DNA of 64,000 nt from a virus. Its lineage: Duplodnaviria; Caudoviricetes. Position 1 is the first letter of the stretch. Every line of letters begins with the position of its first letter. The notes below the pieces were generated by a model. The model worked only from the letters and a program-made list of their open reading frames with translations, did not search any database and was not told the origin of the DNA. The position numbers and the translations under genes were made by a program. Where the stretch lies: IMG/VR virus record IMGVR_UViG_3300027533_000013, positions 55,702-119,701 of that record; one strand, given 5' to 3'. Shown here piece by piece: positions 40,993 to 51,813 of the stretch.

Positions 40993-41670
40993 ATGACAAT
41001 CGGAGCATTTCGCAAGTCGGTGGGCAAGACACTCACCACGAAGTCGGTAAAGACCGCCATGCGCGTGGCGTCGAGGAATACGCAGCGGACCCAGATCGCG
41101 CAGGCCGCTGTCGCCCTGAAGGGTGATACGGGACGGCTGATTCAGAACATGGGTCAGTATCTGTTGGGCCTTCAGGCCACACAGGAGATGAAGGACGGGG
41201 CGTTCCAGACGCTCGGTGATATCGGTTATGACCTGACCGTTCTCGCCCGTACCCTCAAGGTCAAGTTGCCATCCAGCACGAAGAAGTCCAAGTTGGTCGG
41301 AACCCGGTCGGCGGCTCTGTTGCAGTTCGACAGCCTGACGACTGAACTGTTGCGTCAGGTGGAAGTCGGCGTGTTTGGTAGCCCGAAGATGACCAGCATC
41401 AAGAAGATGGTCACCAATCCCAGCAAGGGTGGAGCGAAGGAAGAGCGCGACGTGGATGTGGTGGACGTCGAGGCCGACAAGGCGGCAGAGGCAGAACGTC
41501 AGACACAGATGAAGTCGTTCTTGTCTGGAGCCATCGACGTGTACTGGAGACTCTGCTTCGACGTGACGGGCAAGGCTCCGGCAGCGGTGCTGGACGCCAA
41601 GTTCGCTCGGATGAAGGCGCAGTATCCAAACGTCGAGTTTGAAGCCGAGAAGGAGGCTGTTCAGGCGTAA
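40993..41670 (+). CDS. Hypothetical protein
   Basis: GAGG RBS; helical, strong codon bias. Confidence 0.65.
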   Translation: MTIGAFRKSVGKTLTTKSVKTAMRVASRNTQRTQIAQAAVALKGDTGRLIQNMGQYLLGLQATQEMKDGAFQTLGDIGYDLTVLARTLKVKLPSSTKKSKLVGTRSAALLQFDSLTTELLRQVEVGVFGSPKMTSIKKMVTNPSKGGAKEERDVDVVDVEADKAAEAERQTQMKSFLSGAIDVYWRLCFDVTGKAPAAVLDAKFARMKAQYPNVEFEAEKEAVQA

Positions 41671-41687
41671 GCCGGGACAGTCTCCCC

Positions 41688-41717
41688 TTGACAAATTCTG
41701 GGGAAATCGGGTAGACT
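41688..41717 (+). promoter_or_regulatory. Sigma70 promoter
   Basis: TTGACA-18-TAGACT. Confidence 0.65.
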
Positions 41718-41761
41718 TACAGCACGTTGATTTTGCCCAAGAGGGGCACAGGAGAGTAAAC

Positions 41762-42550
41762 ATGTCAGAAGCAGAAGGGGCTGTGGCAACTGAGGCCAAG
41801 TCCGAGACGGCAGTGATCGGGAAGAAGAAGGTCGAGAAGACGGGCAACCTGATTCTCGATATCGCACACGAAGTCGAGACGTTGACGAAGACGAAGGCCC
41901 TCAACGAAGCGGATCGGTTGGCCGAGAACATCGAGGTCAACTACTTCAAGCTCGGGGGCATCCTCAAGCTCATCAACGACAATTCGTGGTTCGAAGGCTT
42001 CGAAGCGTTCGATGACTTCGTGGAAGAGAAGTATGGGTTCGCGTCCCGCAAGGCACGCTACCTGATTTCCATCTACGAGAACCTCGTCACCAAGATGATC
42101 CCGTGGGAGAAGGTCAGCCACTTGGGCTGGACCAAGCTCAAGGATCTGGCTCCGGTGCTGACACCGGAAAACGTGGATGACTGGGTGGCGAAGGCCGAGA
42201 AACTCACGGTCAAGGAACTTCAGGCGGTGCTGAAGGCCGAGGCCGGTGAGGGTGGAGAGAAGATCCAGAAGACCACGGAAGACGTGATCAAGATCAGCTT
42301 CAAGCTGAAGGCGGATCAGGCCGATATCGTGACGCAGGCGTTGGCCAAGGCCAAGGGTGAACTGCACACGGAATTTGACTCGGTCGCTATCGAGAATATC
42401 TGCTCAGGCTACGTGGGGGGCACGTCAGCGGTGGCCAAGCCCTACAGTCTGGATGAGGTGATTCAGGCGACGGGGTTCGAACCGATGCTCAAGCGCGTGG
42501 CGGAACTGTTCCCGCAATTCGATATCACCGTCGCGCCAATCGAGGGCTAA
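41762..42550 (+). CDS. Putative DNA-binding protein
   Basis: FDDFVEEKYGFASRKARYLI HTH-like; LGWTKL motif. Confidence 0.6.
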   Translation: MSEAEGAVATEAKSETAVIGKKKVEKTGNLILDIAHEVETLTKTKALNEADRLAENIEVNYFKLGGILKLINDNSWFEGFEAFDDFVEEKYGFASRKARYLISIYENLVTKMIPWEKVSHLGWTKLKDLAPVLTPENVDDWVAKAEKLTVKELQAVLKAEAGEGGEKIQKTTEDVIKISFKLKADQADIVTQALAKAKGELHTEFDSVAIENICSGYVGGTSAVAKPYSLDEVIQATGFEPMLKRVAELFPQFDITVAPIEG

Positions 42551-42830
42551 GGCGTCAGTTTTGCGGGTCGGGGTGGCACTGTGCCAGCGAATGGTGGCGG
42601 GAACTGCTAATCGCAACCCTGACCCGCAAATGTTTTTAGGCAATCGATTGCAATGGCGACGATGTGCATAAATAAGTGTGGCCGTCAGAGGCAACACACG
42701 ATTTCTCAACTGTGTCGGCGGTGTGAGAGGGAACGATTAGGTCAGTCCTGCCTTCCAAGTAACAACCCGAAGGGCAAAGGGAAGCATTCTCAAGAACGTC
42801 GAGTCAAACGAACGCCGTAGAGGTAATCCT

Positions 42831-43037
42831 ATGCCAAAAGAACGCATGAATGGGACGGTTGTCAGGCTCATGATGGACAAGGGTTTCGGGTTCATCAAGG
42901 GTGAAGACAGCAAAGAATATTTCTTCCATCGGTCTGCCAGTCAAGCATGGGATGAGATGCAGGAGAACACGCCTGTTACGTTCTCGCCCACGGAAGGCCC
43001 CAAGGGTCTCCGCGCCGAAGACGTGCGACTCCAGTAA
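42831..43037 (+). CDS. cspA: Cold-shock protein
   Basis: KGFGFI (RNP1), YFFH (RNP2), GPKGLRAEDV. Confidence 0.92.
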   Translation: MPKERMNGTVVRLMMDKGFGFIKGEDSKEYFFHRSASQAWDEMQENTPVTFSPTEGPKGLRAEDVRLQ

Positions 43038-43060
43038 CGACCCTACTGTCAAGACGGTAC

Positions 43061-43089
43061 TTGACAAACCTTTTACCTTGTGTAATACT
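43061..43089 (+). promoter_or_regulatory. Sigma70 promoter
   Basis: TTGACA-17-AATACT with extended TG. Confidence 0.6.
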
Positions 43090-43096
43090 CACTCCC

Positions 43097-43498
43097 GTGG
43101 CTGACTCCCCCAATTCGAAACCTACCCGCGAAGAAATCATCGAACATCTTGAGCTAAACAGGGCGGCAGAGCGTTTGTCTGTCATCATGGCACGCTTCAG
43201 ACATTCAGGTGTCGATTCAGAAGACGTCAGAGCCCTGAAGAGGGGCATACTGGCGTTACGTTCGTACGGTAGTATCGATGAGGTTCGACGCAAGCTCACC
43301 AACAAGGTCATTGAGGACATCGCGGAACAGGGCTACAAGGAACACGGGTGGAGAGAGCGCATTCGCGCTATCATCGTGAACACGCTGTGTGGTCCGAGAC
43401 CAGAACTCACTGAGAGACAGATTTTACAGGCAGCAGCGGAGGCTGCACCTGTACAAGAGACTGATGCGAGTCCCAGACGCATCACAAACGGTGCCTGA
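43097..43498 (+). CDS. Hypothetical protein (possibly leaderless)
   Basis: GTG just downstream of the promoter. Confidence 0.5.
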   Translation: MADSPNSKPTREEIIEHLELNRAAERLSVIMARFRHSGVDSEDVRALKRGILALRSYGSIDEVRRKLTNKVIEDIAEQGYKEHGWRERIRAIIVNTLCGPRPELTERQILQAAAEAAPVQETDASPRRITNGA

Positions 43499-43558
43499 CA
43501 TTCGTGTTGGGTGTCAGTGCCGTCCACAACACACTCTGGGAATAGGTAGGAAGATCAC

Positions 43559-44263
43559 ATGCGTAAGTACGTAGGTATGCTTGCGTTGGCGATGGCGCTG
43601 TTCGTGCCGCAAGTGGCGGGTGCAGCGACCATCACGTTCATGCAGTTTCAGGAGGTTACGTTCAACGCTCCTGTGGATTTCGTGAATGACGGATCAGGGA
43701 ACACCAGCATCACCGTCACCAATATCTTGGTGGATGTGGGGCTGGATGAGACGTTCTGCTTGAACGTGGGTTGTGACGGGTTCGATGATACGCAGGATGT
43801 CACGTTCAACTTGAACGCCGCGAGCACGGCACCGGCAACCGAAGTCGGCGGGGTGGTCACGCAGAAGTATGCGGGGTCATTCTCGTTCACGCAGGGTGGA
43901 ATCAATTTGCTGACTGTGACGTTCAGCGATGAACTGAGCGGTTCGACAGGTGGTTCCAATCCGGGACTCAATGCGTCAGACCCGCCCGATACGTTCTCGG
44001 GCACGTCGGATGTACTGGACCCGGATCTGTTGCTTGCGCCTCGCGGGTTCGCGTTCAGTTTCTCGGCGTTTACGTCTGATGCGCCGGGTGGTGGTCTGCG
44101 AATCGTGGATGCGTCCGTGGCGACCGGCACGGCTGATATCAGCGGTACGCTGAATGCCAGTCCGTTGGAAGTCAGTGAAGTTCCGGAACCGGCTTCACTG
44201 GTGCTGCTCGGTTCAGGCTTGGCGGCAATTGCGACTCGTGTTCGTCGTCGGCGTAAGGCGTAA
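43559..44263 (+). CDS. PEP-CTERM surface protein 1
   Basis: Signal peptide; C-terminal VPEPASLVLLGSGL...RRRRK. Confidence 0.9.
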   Translation: MRKYVGMLALAMALFVPQVAGAATITFMQFQEVTFNAPVDFVNDGSGNTSITVTNILVDVGLDETFCLNVGCDGFDDTQDVTFNLNAASTAPATEVGGVVTQKYAGSFSFTQGGINLLTVTFSDELSGSTGGSNPGLNASDPPDTFSGTSDVLDPDLLLAPRGFAFSFSAFTSDAPGGGLRIVDASVATGTADISGTLNASPLEVSEVPEPASLVLLGSGLAAIATRVRRRRKA

Positions 44264-44315
44264 GTCCGACTGACTACCCTCTCGGCGTGGGGTGCCGCAC
44301 GCTCCCCGCGTAAGT

Positions 44316-44349
44316 CCTGTCGGTCCCGAACAGGCGAGATTCGGGACAA
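44316..44349 (+). ncRNA. Putative pseudoknot, copy 1
   Basis: CCTGT/ACAGG interleaved with GTCCCGA/TCGGGAC. Confidence 0.5.
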
Positions 44350-44374
44350 CTTCTCGTTCTGGGAGATTACGGTA

Positions 44375-45079
44375 ATGCGGACACTCATCAGTAGCGTAGT
44401 CGTGCTCTTTGCGCTTCTTTTCGGAGTGACGCCAGCAAATGCAACGTCCATCGCAATTACTGGTAATACGTCCTTCACGGTGAACTGGCTGGTGGAGCTT
44501 GACGATCCCAATCCGGATCTGAAGGCATCAGCGACGTTCACGGTGACGAACTTTACGGACACATCGTTTGATTTGACCATCAGCGATATCGAGAACAACA
44601 CAGCGACCAGTCCGGACATCAATGCTCGGCTGACGAGCTTTGGGTTTGGCCTGACGCCTGATGCCACAGGTTTCACCAATCCGAGTGACGGAGATATCTA
44701 CAAGTGGGGTTTCACGAACTTCCCCGGTTTTCAGGAAGTGGATGTCTGTGGTTACGCGGGTGAGAACTGTGCGGGTGGGAGTAATGAAGGACTGAATCAG
44801 GGAGAGAGTACGGACCCCGGTGACCTCATGTCGATCACCATCTCAGGTGACTGGACAACGGGCGTCATATTCAGTCCGGTTGCGGCGAAGTTCCAGACGG
44901 CGATTGGGTCATTCGAAACGGATGGTGACAACCCACCGCCCCCGCCTCCACCGCCGCCGCCCCCACCGCCTCCACCACCACCCCCACCGCCACCTGATGT
45001 GGTGCCGGAGCCGGGGACGATGGTGCTGGTCGGGACAGGTATCGCGGCTCTCGTGGCACGTAGAAGGCGTAAGCAGTAA
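44375..45079 (+). CDS. PEP-CTERM surface protein 2 (cistern-like Cys motif, 21-Pro linker)
   Basis: Signal peptide; VDVC...CAGG; VPEPGTMVLVGTG...RRRRK. Confidence 0.9.
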   Translation: MRTLISSVVVLFALLFGVTPANATSIAITGNTSFTVNWLVELDDPNPDLKASATFTVTNFTDTSFDLTISDIENNTATSPDINARLTSFGFGLTPDATGFTNPSDGDIYKWGFTNFPGFQEVDVCGYAGENCAGGSNEGLNQGESTDPGDLMSITISGDWTTGVIFSPVAAKFQTAIGSFETDGDNPPPPPPPPPPPPPPPPPPPPPDVVPEPGTMVLVGTGIAALVARRRRKQ

Positions 45080-45111
45080 GACCTCGACACCGGGCAATCA
45101 TCGGTGGCATC

Positions 45112-45147
45112 CACGTCGGTCCCGAACGTGTCGGGGAATCGGGACAA
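45112..45147 (+). ncRNA. Putative pseudoknot, copy 2
   Basis: CACGT/ACGTG interleaved with GTCCCGA/TCGGGAC. Confidence 0.5.
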
Positions 45148-45152
45148 TTTCC

Positions 45153-48100
45153 ATGCTTGATTTGACTGAAGACCAAACCCGTCTCCTGAAGCTCCTGCAC
45201 GATCATGCAGAGATTGTGGCAGACCGTGGTCTGAACATGTCTCGTGACTCCATGCACGCCACTGAGTTGCACATGGTGCTCACCAGTGCAATCAAGTGCA
45301 TTGAAGATTTGTCACGGTGGAGAACCGCACTGGTTGAAGCGGCCATCGTGGATTGGTCCATCTCCAACGAGAACATGGACGATCCGAAGAAGATGCTCAA
45401 CGATATCGTGGTCAACAATATGCGGCAGGCACTGGACCCCTCCATCTCAGGAGACGCGGTGAAGCTCATTCAGCAGGGCCGTGAGGCTCTGGATGCGGAG
45501 TTAGAGCCACACCCTTGTGTGAAGTGCGGAGAACCCTGTCGCTGCGGTCACAGAAGACCCTGCATCGGTTGCTACGCGCATGAGTCCCCGTAATAAGGCT
45601 CGTCATAGTGCATGGAGTATGGAGTGGCAGGAAATCAAGCATGCACAGGGAATGTGTTCGACCTGTGGGCATCGCCCAGCCCCTATCAACCCGAAGACGG
45701 GACTGCCCATGTGGAAGTGCGATATCTGTCGAGCTAAATACAATTTGTACCAAGCGAAACGGTATCAGCAGTGCCGACCATCCCCGAAGACCTGATTCGA
45801 TTCTTCTTCATACTCTGTGGGATGTGGGCGGTGGCGGCGGCTGGGGTGATGGGGTATATGGTGTTCGTGCTGCCCGTCATCAGGAAGTGGCGGCGACGGT
45901 TTGATCTGTGGATGGACGAGGTGTTCTGGTGAATACGGATGCCTACGTGCGTGAGCTAGAGACTACGGTGGCACGATTGGAGTCTTCGCTTAAAGAGGTC
46001 CGAGAGCGCAAGGACCATCGCATTGTGGAACTGGTGCAGCAGTTGTCTAGGGCGCGGGAAGAAATCGTGGTGGATGAGGAGTTGATTGCACACCGCACGC
46101 TCTTGCTGGAAGCCATTCCAGAATGTCCTCAGCATGGATCGTGTGTGCCGCATGCGTTGGAGTGGATTCAAAAAGCGAAAGAGTGCATGAATGATCGGGA
46201 GAAGTGAGCATTACGTCGCTATCAACATCAGTATTGGGCTGGTCATTGTTCTGACGCTGCTCGTCCTTGCCATTGTCTATTCCATTAAGCGGTCCCAGAA
46301 GATCAATGCGGCCATTTTGGATGTGCTGAAAGAATTCCCCGGTATCTCGGCTCAAAACGTCCGAGCCAAGCTGAAAGACCGCAAGATTATTGTCGGGTAT
46401 GGGGATATCTATGTGCGCTTGGAGAAGCTCCATATTCGGAAGAAGGTGACCCGCTGGAATGTGCGTGGTGGCCCAGCGAGAGGTAATCTAGACCGTACTT
46501 TGTACAGGGTGATTTGACAGGTATTTGTCAGTATGGTACTAGACAATGCTTCATGCCCACATGCGAAACCTGTGTGTTCTGGAAAAAGGATTGGGGTGTT
46601 TGGGCGCATAATCGGTGGACTGGCCAGCATTTAGACCGTGGCTGGTGTCTGTTCCGAAAGCTCGACCCTCCCTTGACCATGCCAGCCACCGCCATCGTTT
46701 GTTTTACATACCAACAAGCTCCAGATCGACTAGAGGTTTTCTATGCCCCCGGTACCCAACCCAACAGCGCGGCAGGAAGCCATCCAACGCATGTTGGAAG
46801 CTCTCAAAACGCCAGTCAAGGAACTATCCAAATGGGAAGAAAACTTCCTTGAATCGGTGGCTGAACAGTTCGAAACCCGCCATTCTCTGTCCGAACGTCA
46901 GTACGAAATCCTCGACAATCTCTACAGCGAAAAGACGGGGTAGTCATGCCCGAACAATTGACTAATACGAAGCGAATTGATGAGTTGATTCGTGTGCTCC
47001 GAAATGGGACGCCCACGGAGCAGGAGTTAATGGAAGCGGCGGATAAGTTGCAGCAGATGCGGAACGATATGTTGCAACTGCAACGAGTGCTGAACTTGGT
47101 GGAGGAAGGTCTGAAGCCATGAAGATGCAACGATCTGCACCGAAGACACCGGGCACTCCCAGCCGAGAGCCTGACACGCCACGGGTGACGATCTCGTCTG
47201 ACCCGTCACAGGTGGAAGTGATTTTGCAACCGAGTCCTGAGCAGCATGAATACGTGCGGCTGCGGTGTGGGTGTGCATGGATTGTGGAGCCGCATCGATT
47301 GTTACAGGTAGCGATATGCCCAATCCTCGCAAGGGCCGACGCCAACAAGAAAAGCTGACACGGGCCGGGGAACCGGAATTCGTGTGTCGGTGTGACTGCG
47401 GTGGCAAGGTCATGGGCGTTCGCCAGTTTGGTCGTCTGTTTTCGTGGTGTACGAAGTGTTCACAGGTCATCCGCGTGAAGTTGCCGTGATATTGCAATTG
47501 ATTGCAAGCAAAGGAGTGCCATGCCGGATGTTCGTGAGCTATTCGGACTCGTACGAAAGCAGACGGCAGATGCCCGACAGGTATTTCAGAATCGAGTGAA
47601 CAAGATTCTGCTCGACGCATCGAATGATGCTGATAGTATTGCCAAAGCTATTGGTGACGTGAGTCCTGATGAAGCCTTCGATGCGTGGGTCCGGAATTTG
47701 TTGGAGAATGCCAAGAAGCATAGGTGATGTATGAAGCATGCCCGTGGTGATTACAATCGCATCCAAGACCCTGCTGAACTGATTCCCGAAGACGAACCAG
47801 TGTTTCTGATTCGTGGTCAGGATATGGTGGGCGCATCGGTGGTGCGTGAATGGGCGAGAGCCAACGACCGTGTGGGTGGAGACCCTGAATTGTCGGCACT
47901 AGCGAACGCACAGGCTGATCGGATGGATGCGTGGCCGAAGAAGAAAAAGGCTGATGCGTAGGAGTAAAATAGATGGATGCCACGAGCCATGTTGGTGTTC
48001 ATCGCAGTGCTATTTGGTGGGTGCGGCGACAAGCAGATCGTGGTTCCTACCGCCCATGAGTGTAACGCGCTTCGTATTGTGGGTATGGATGAACCGACGC

Positions 48101-48378
48101 CTGACATTACGCACACGTGCGGGGTGTTACCACTGGTGAAGGACAGTCCGTTGACCAAGGCTCAAGATGAACTCGATGCTTTGATGACTTCGTTGGAGTG
48201 CAAGAATGCCAGACCAGTGGCGTCGTTCATCGTGAATACGGTGGAGCCGCTGGTGGAGACATTGATGGGTAGTGAACGTCCACTGCTGAGACTCGCTGGT
48301 ACTGCCTTGAAGGCATCGTTTGCAGGCCCGAAAGTAATGCTGGAAGTGGGTCGCAATTGCCCCGGTGGCCAGAACTAA
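45153..48378 (+). other. Cluster of small hypothetical genes (e.g. 45153-45593, 45580-45795, 45908-46207, 46191-46517, 46743-46943, 47119-47358, 47521-47727, 47731-47961, 47977-48378 possible lipoprotein)
   Basis: Tightly packed + strand ORFs, several Cys-rich; TTGACA at 46514. Confidence 0.55.
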
Positions 48379-48603
48379 GGCGACAGGTCATGGAAGTGTC
48401 GTGGTGCTGGACGTGCCGATGCAGCGTGCATGGATTTGCGAAGAAATGTCCACGGTGTGGTAGTCCGTTGGATAAGGTTTTGAAGGAACGCAAGGTTTGA
48501 CGGGATGGGTGATGCCGACTAAGGCAAACATGCTACCTCTGGGCTGGGGAGTCAAAGGGGTCATCGCCAAGCGGTTAGCTCATCCCGTCAAAGGGAGTAT
48601 GTG

Positions 48604-49221
48604 ATGGCGTTTGAACGTCTACAGGAGCTAGGCGAAGAAAAATTCGGGAAGATTTTGAATCTGCTGATGCGAGGACATACCGCGATGGGTGTGGCTCGGA
48701 CCCTTCAGCAACCACCGCCAGCCGGGTGGGGGCTGTTTAAGGGGCAGTCTGAGCGGACGTTGACCCGGCAGTTGACCCGGTTACGGTCTCATGCCGCAGA
48801 GGGTGCCTTCGGCCCAGAAATTGCCCAGCAAATTGCGGCGGGTGCGACTCCGCAGATCAAGTTGCTGGAGAGAGTGTCCGTCCCGGTGATTACACGGCTG
48901 GAAGAAATCTCCGAAATCCAGCGGAACCGCATCCTGAAGCTGGTGGAGAAAGAGAAATTGTGGGACACCACCAAGCCCATCATGAACGAAGTGCTGGAGG
49001 ACTACCGCAAACTCCTACTGGATATTCAGAAAGTTAGGTTCGATCTAGGTCTGGACGAATTCAAAGGCCCGGTGAACATGACGACGATGCGTGGGGCGGC
49101 ACAGTCTGTGACTATGCCTGACGGCACGAACGTCCAGAAGCAAGTGTTCGAAGCGATCACGATGGTGGATAGTATCTTTGACGCGAGGAAGATACCGCGT
49201 GGCGTTAATACTCAAACGTAA
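48604..49221 (+). CDS. Possible terminase small subunit
   Basis: N-terminal HTH-like segment plus helices; upstream of the large terminase. Confidence 0.4.
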   Translation: MAFERLQELGEEKFGKILNLLMRGHTAMGVARTLQQPPPAGWGLFKGQSERTLTRQLTRLRSHAAEGAFGPEIAQQIAAGATPQIKLLERVSVPVITRLEEISEIQRNRILKLVEKEKLWDTTKPIMNEVLEDYRKLLLDIQKVRFDLGLDEFKGPVNMTTMRGAAQSVTMPDGTNVQKQVFEAITMVDSIFDARKIPRGVNTQT

Positions 49222-49385
49222 ACGCCGCTTTCTTCCTGTCATCGTGCGGTGTCCCGCGTGTCATGAGGAGTGGTTGACGGCGATTATTGAGTTGGGAACG
49301 TGGTGGGCTGAGTCCCCCGAAATGTGTGCGTCACGAGTGATCTGTGAATATTGTGGGCAGGACGCTCCCATGCAGGTTGTGAAAA

Positions 49386-49856
49386 ATGCTGGCAGTCTTG
49401 AAGACCATAGTAGCAGCCGGGTGTAAGCGACAGACGCCCGAGTACAGAGCTTATGCTAATGCCAAGCAACGATGCTTGAACCCCAAAGACAAGTCATTTC
49501 GTGACTATGGAGGACGGGGCATTACGTTTGGGTTCACGTCTTACATTCAATTTTGGAAAGAACTTGGGAAGCGACCTGTAGGCGGAACGCTTGAACGCAT
49601 TGACAACGGCAAGGGGTATGAGCCGGGTAATGTGAAATGGGCATCCCACTTGGAACAGGCAAACAATAGAAGACCGTATCCACCCACGCATAAGAGAGTG
49701 GGTAAAGGTTACAGTTGGCATAAGAAGGGTAAGAAGTGGTGCGCCAAGATTAGGATCGGTGGTAAAGATTTTCACCTTGGGTCATTTAGTTCAGAACAGG
49801 AGGCTCGTTCAGCTTACGAAGTGAAGCTGAAAGAGATGGGAATTGCTTGTATTTAA
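49386..49856 (+). CDS. HNH-AP2 homing endonuclease
   Basis: YGGRGI...TLERIDNGKGYEPGNVKWA..EQANN; KWCAKIRIGGK.FHLGSF. Confidence 0.88.
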   Translation: MLAVLKTIVAAGCKRQTPEYRAYANAKQRCLNPKDKSFRDYGGRGITFGFTSYIQFWKELGKRPVGGTLERIDNGKGYEPGNVKWASHLEQANNRRPYPPTHKRVGKGYSWHKKGKKWCAKIRIGGKDFHLGSFSSEQEARSAYEVKLKEMGIACI

Positions 49857-51813
49857 GCGTGGACCGGGGAAACCCCTGAGTCCAGTTCCACTTGATGAAA
49901 AGCGGCTGGATGAGGTGAACGACCGTGCTCACCTGTATCTCAAGAAGTTTCTTGGCTACGATGCGGCTGAGAAAATCTGGGAGACGGGCCAGAAGATTAC
50001 CGACCTGAGTGAACGGGCGATGTTTTACGCTCAGACCGTGGTGCATGTTGAGAGCGAGTTGAGCGGGAAGCCGTCACCGGCTCGTGATTACGTCCAGTAC
50101 CGGTGGAAACCTGTCGGGATCAGGGAATTCATTTGTAGTCCGCACTACCTGAACAAAGAGAAGGAAGTCTATCCCGGTGTGCTGGAGGCCGCTGAGGAAT
50201 TGAACGGTGGTGGCTACGTTGAGGCCATCATGACCGGGGGCATTGGCTCAGGTAAGACCACGCTGGCGCTCTACACGAACGCCTATCAGCTATACCTGCT
50301 GTCCTGCATGCACTCCCCGCACAAGCAGTTCAGGTTGGACCCGTCGTCGGAAATCCTACTCGTGTTTCAGTCCATCACGAAGCAGTTGGCGCAGGGTGTG
50401 GACTATCAGCGGTTCCGCAACATGATTGAGGGGAGTCCGTACTTCCTGAAGTCCTACCCGTTCCGGAAAGACCTGACGAACAAGTTGGTGTTTCCGAACC
50501 GTGTGGAAGTCGTGCCCATTTCTGGTTCAGAGACTGCCGCCATCGGCCAGAACGTGATGGGCGGGTTGATTGATGAGTTGAACTACATGGCGGTGGTGGA
50601 GAAATCCCGAGTCGCCGTGGATCGAGGTACCTATGATCAAGCCATCCTCGTCTATAACTCGATTAGCCGACGTCGAAAGTCTCGCTTCATGGAGAATGGG
50701 AAACTACCGGGCATCCTCTGCCTTGTCTCATCGAAGAAATATCCGGGGCAGTTCACCGACCAGAAGATGGCAGAGGCCGAGCGCGATCCAACGATATTTG
50801 TCTACGATAAGCGGGTCTGGGACATCAAGCCCGATGATTTTGGCAACTCCGGCTGGTTTCAAGTTTTCGCGGGGGACATGACACGGAAGCCGAGAATGCT
50901 TGGGAAAGAAGAAGAAGTTGCGGATGATGACCGACCGTTGGTGGTGTCGGTCCCCGAGGAATTCCGGCTGGAGTTTGAGAAGGACGTCATCAACGCCCTG
51001 CGTGAGATTGCTGGTGTTAGCACACTGGCTCGTCATCCGTTCTTCTTGGAGGTGGATAAGGTTCACAAGTCGTTCAAGCCACGTCAGTCCATCTTCAGCC
51101 AGCCCGTCGTGGACTTCGTCACGCAGCGACTGACACTGTTGAAGGCGAACTTCTGGAACCCCGAGGTACCACGGTTCGCGCACTGTGACTTAGCATTGAG
51201 CGGCGACAGTGCAGGGCTAGTTATTGGCACGGTGACTGGCTTCAAGAACGTGTCAGGTGATAAGGGACAGCCTGCCTACATGCCGAACATCTGGATAGAC
51301 GGTGTGCTAGAGGTACGGCCACCGAAGAACTGTGAGATTCTGCTCAGCAAAATCCGTGAGGTCATCATCGTCCTGAAGAAGATGGGTCTGAACATCGTCT
51401 GGGTGACGTTTGACCAGTTCCAGTCCAGTGATTCGCAACAGATTTTGCGGCAGCAGGGATTGATTACCGGGCATCAGAGCATGGATGAAATCCCGAGTCG
51501 TGCCTATGACTTCCTAAAGACGGCGATGTACGAAGCACGGGTAGATGTTCCCGCGCATCTCAAAGCCCACCGTGAGATTTTGATGCTGGAGAAAGACGCG
51601 AAGACCGGACGCATCGACCACCAACCGGGTGGCAGTAAGGACTGTTCCGATGCGATGGCGGGTGTAGCCTACGGCCTGACGATGCGGCGGGAGATTTGGG
51701 GTTTGTATCGTATTCCGACTCTCATGATCCCGCAGTCCGTCTACGCCAATGTGGATAAGCTAAAGAAAGAGCACGAACAACCCAAGTACCACGCAGTGGA
51801 AGAGAGTGCCTAA
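49843..51813 (+). CDS. Terminase large subunit
   Basis: GGIGSGKT, LIDE, HCDLA...D, TFDQFQS, KDCSDA. Confidence 0.88.
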   Translation: MLVFKRGPGKPLSPVPLDEKRLDEVNDRAHLYLKKFLGYDAAEKIWETGQKITDLSERAMFYAQTVVHVESELSGKPSPARDYVQYRWKPVGIREFICSPHYLNKEKEVYPGVLEAAEELNGGGYVEAIMTGGIGSGKTTLALYTNAYQLYLLSCMHSPHKQFRLDPSSEILLVFQSITKQLAQGVDYQRFRNMIEGSPYFLKSYPFRKDLTNKLVFPNRVEVVPISGSETAAIGQNVMGGLIDELNYMAVVEKSRVAVDRGTYDQAILVYNSISRRRKSRFMENGKLPGILCLVSSKKYPGQFTDQKMAEAERDPTIFVYDKRVWDIKPDDFGNSGWFQVFAGDMTRKPRMLGKEEEVADDDRPLVVSVPEEFRLEFEKDVINALREIAGVSTLARHPFFLEVDKVHKSFKPRQSIFSQPVVDFVTQRLTLLKANFWNPEVPRFAHCDLALSGDSAGLVIGTVTGFKNVSGDKGQPAYMPNIWIDGVLEVRPPKNCEILLSKIREVIIVLKKMGLNIVWVTFDQFQSSDSQQILRQQGLITGHQSMDEIPSRAYDFLKTAMYEARVDVPAHLKAHREILMLEKDAKTGRIDHQPGGSKDCSDAMAGVAYGLTMRREIWGLYRIPTLMIPQSVYANVDKLKKEHEQPKYHAVEESA

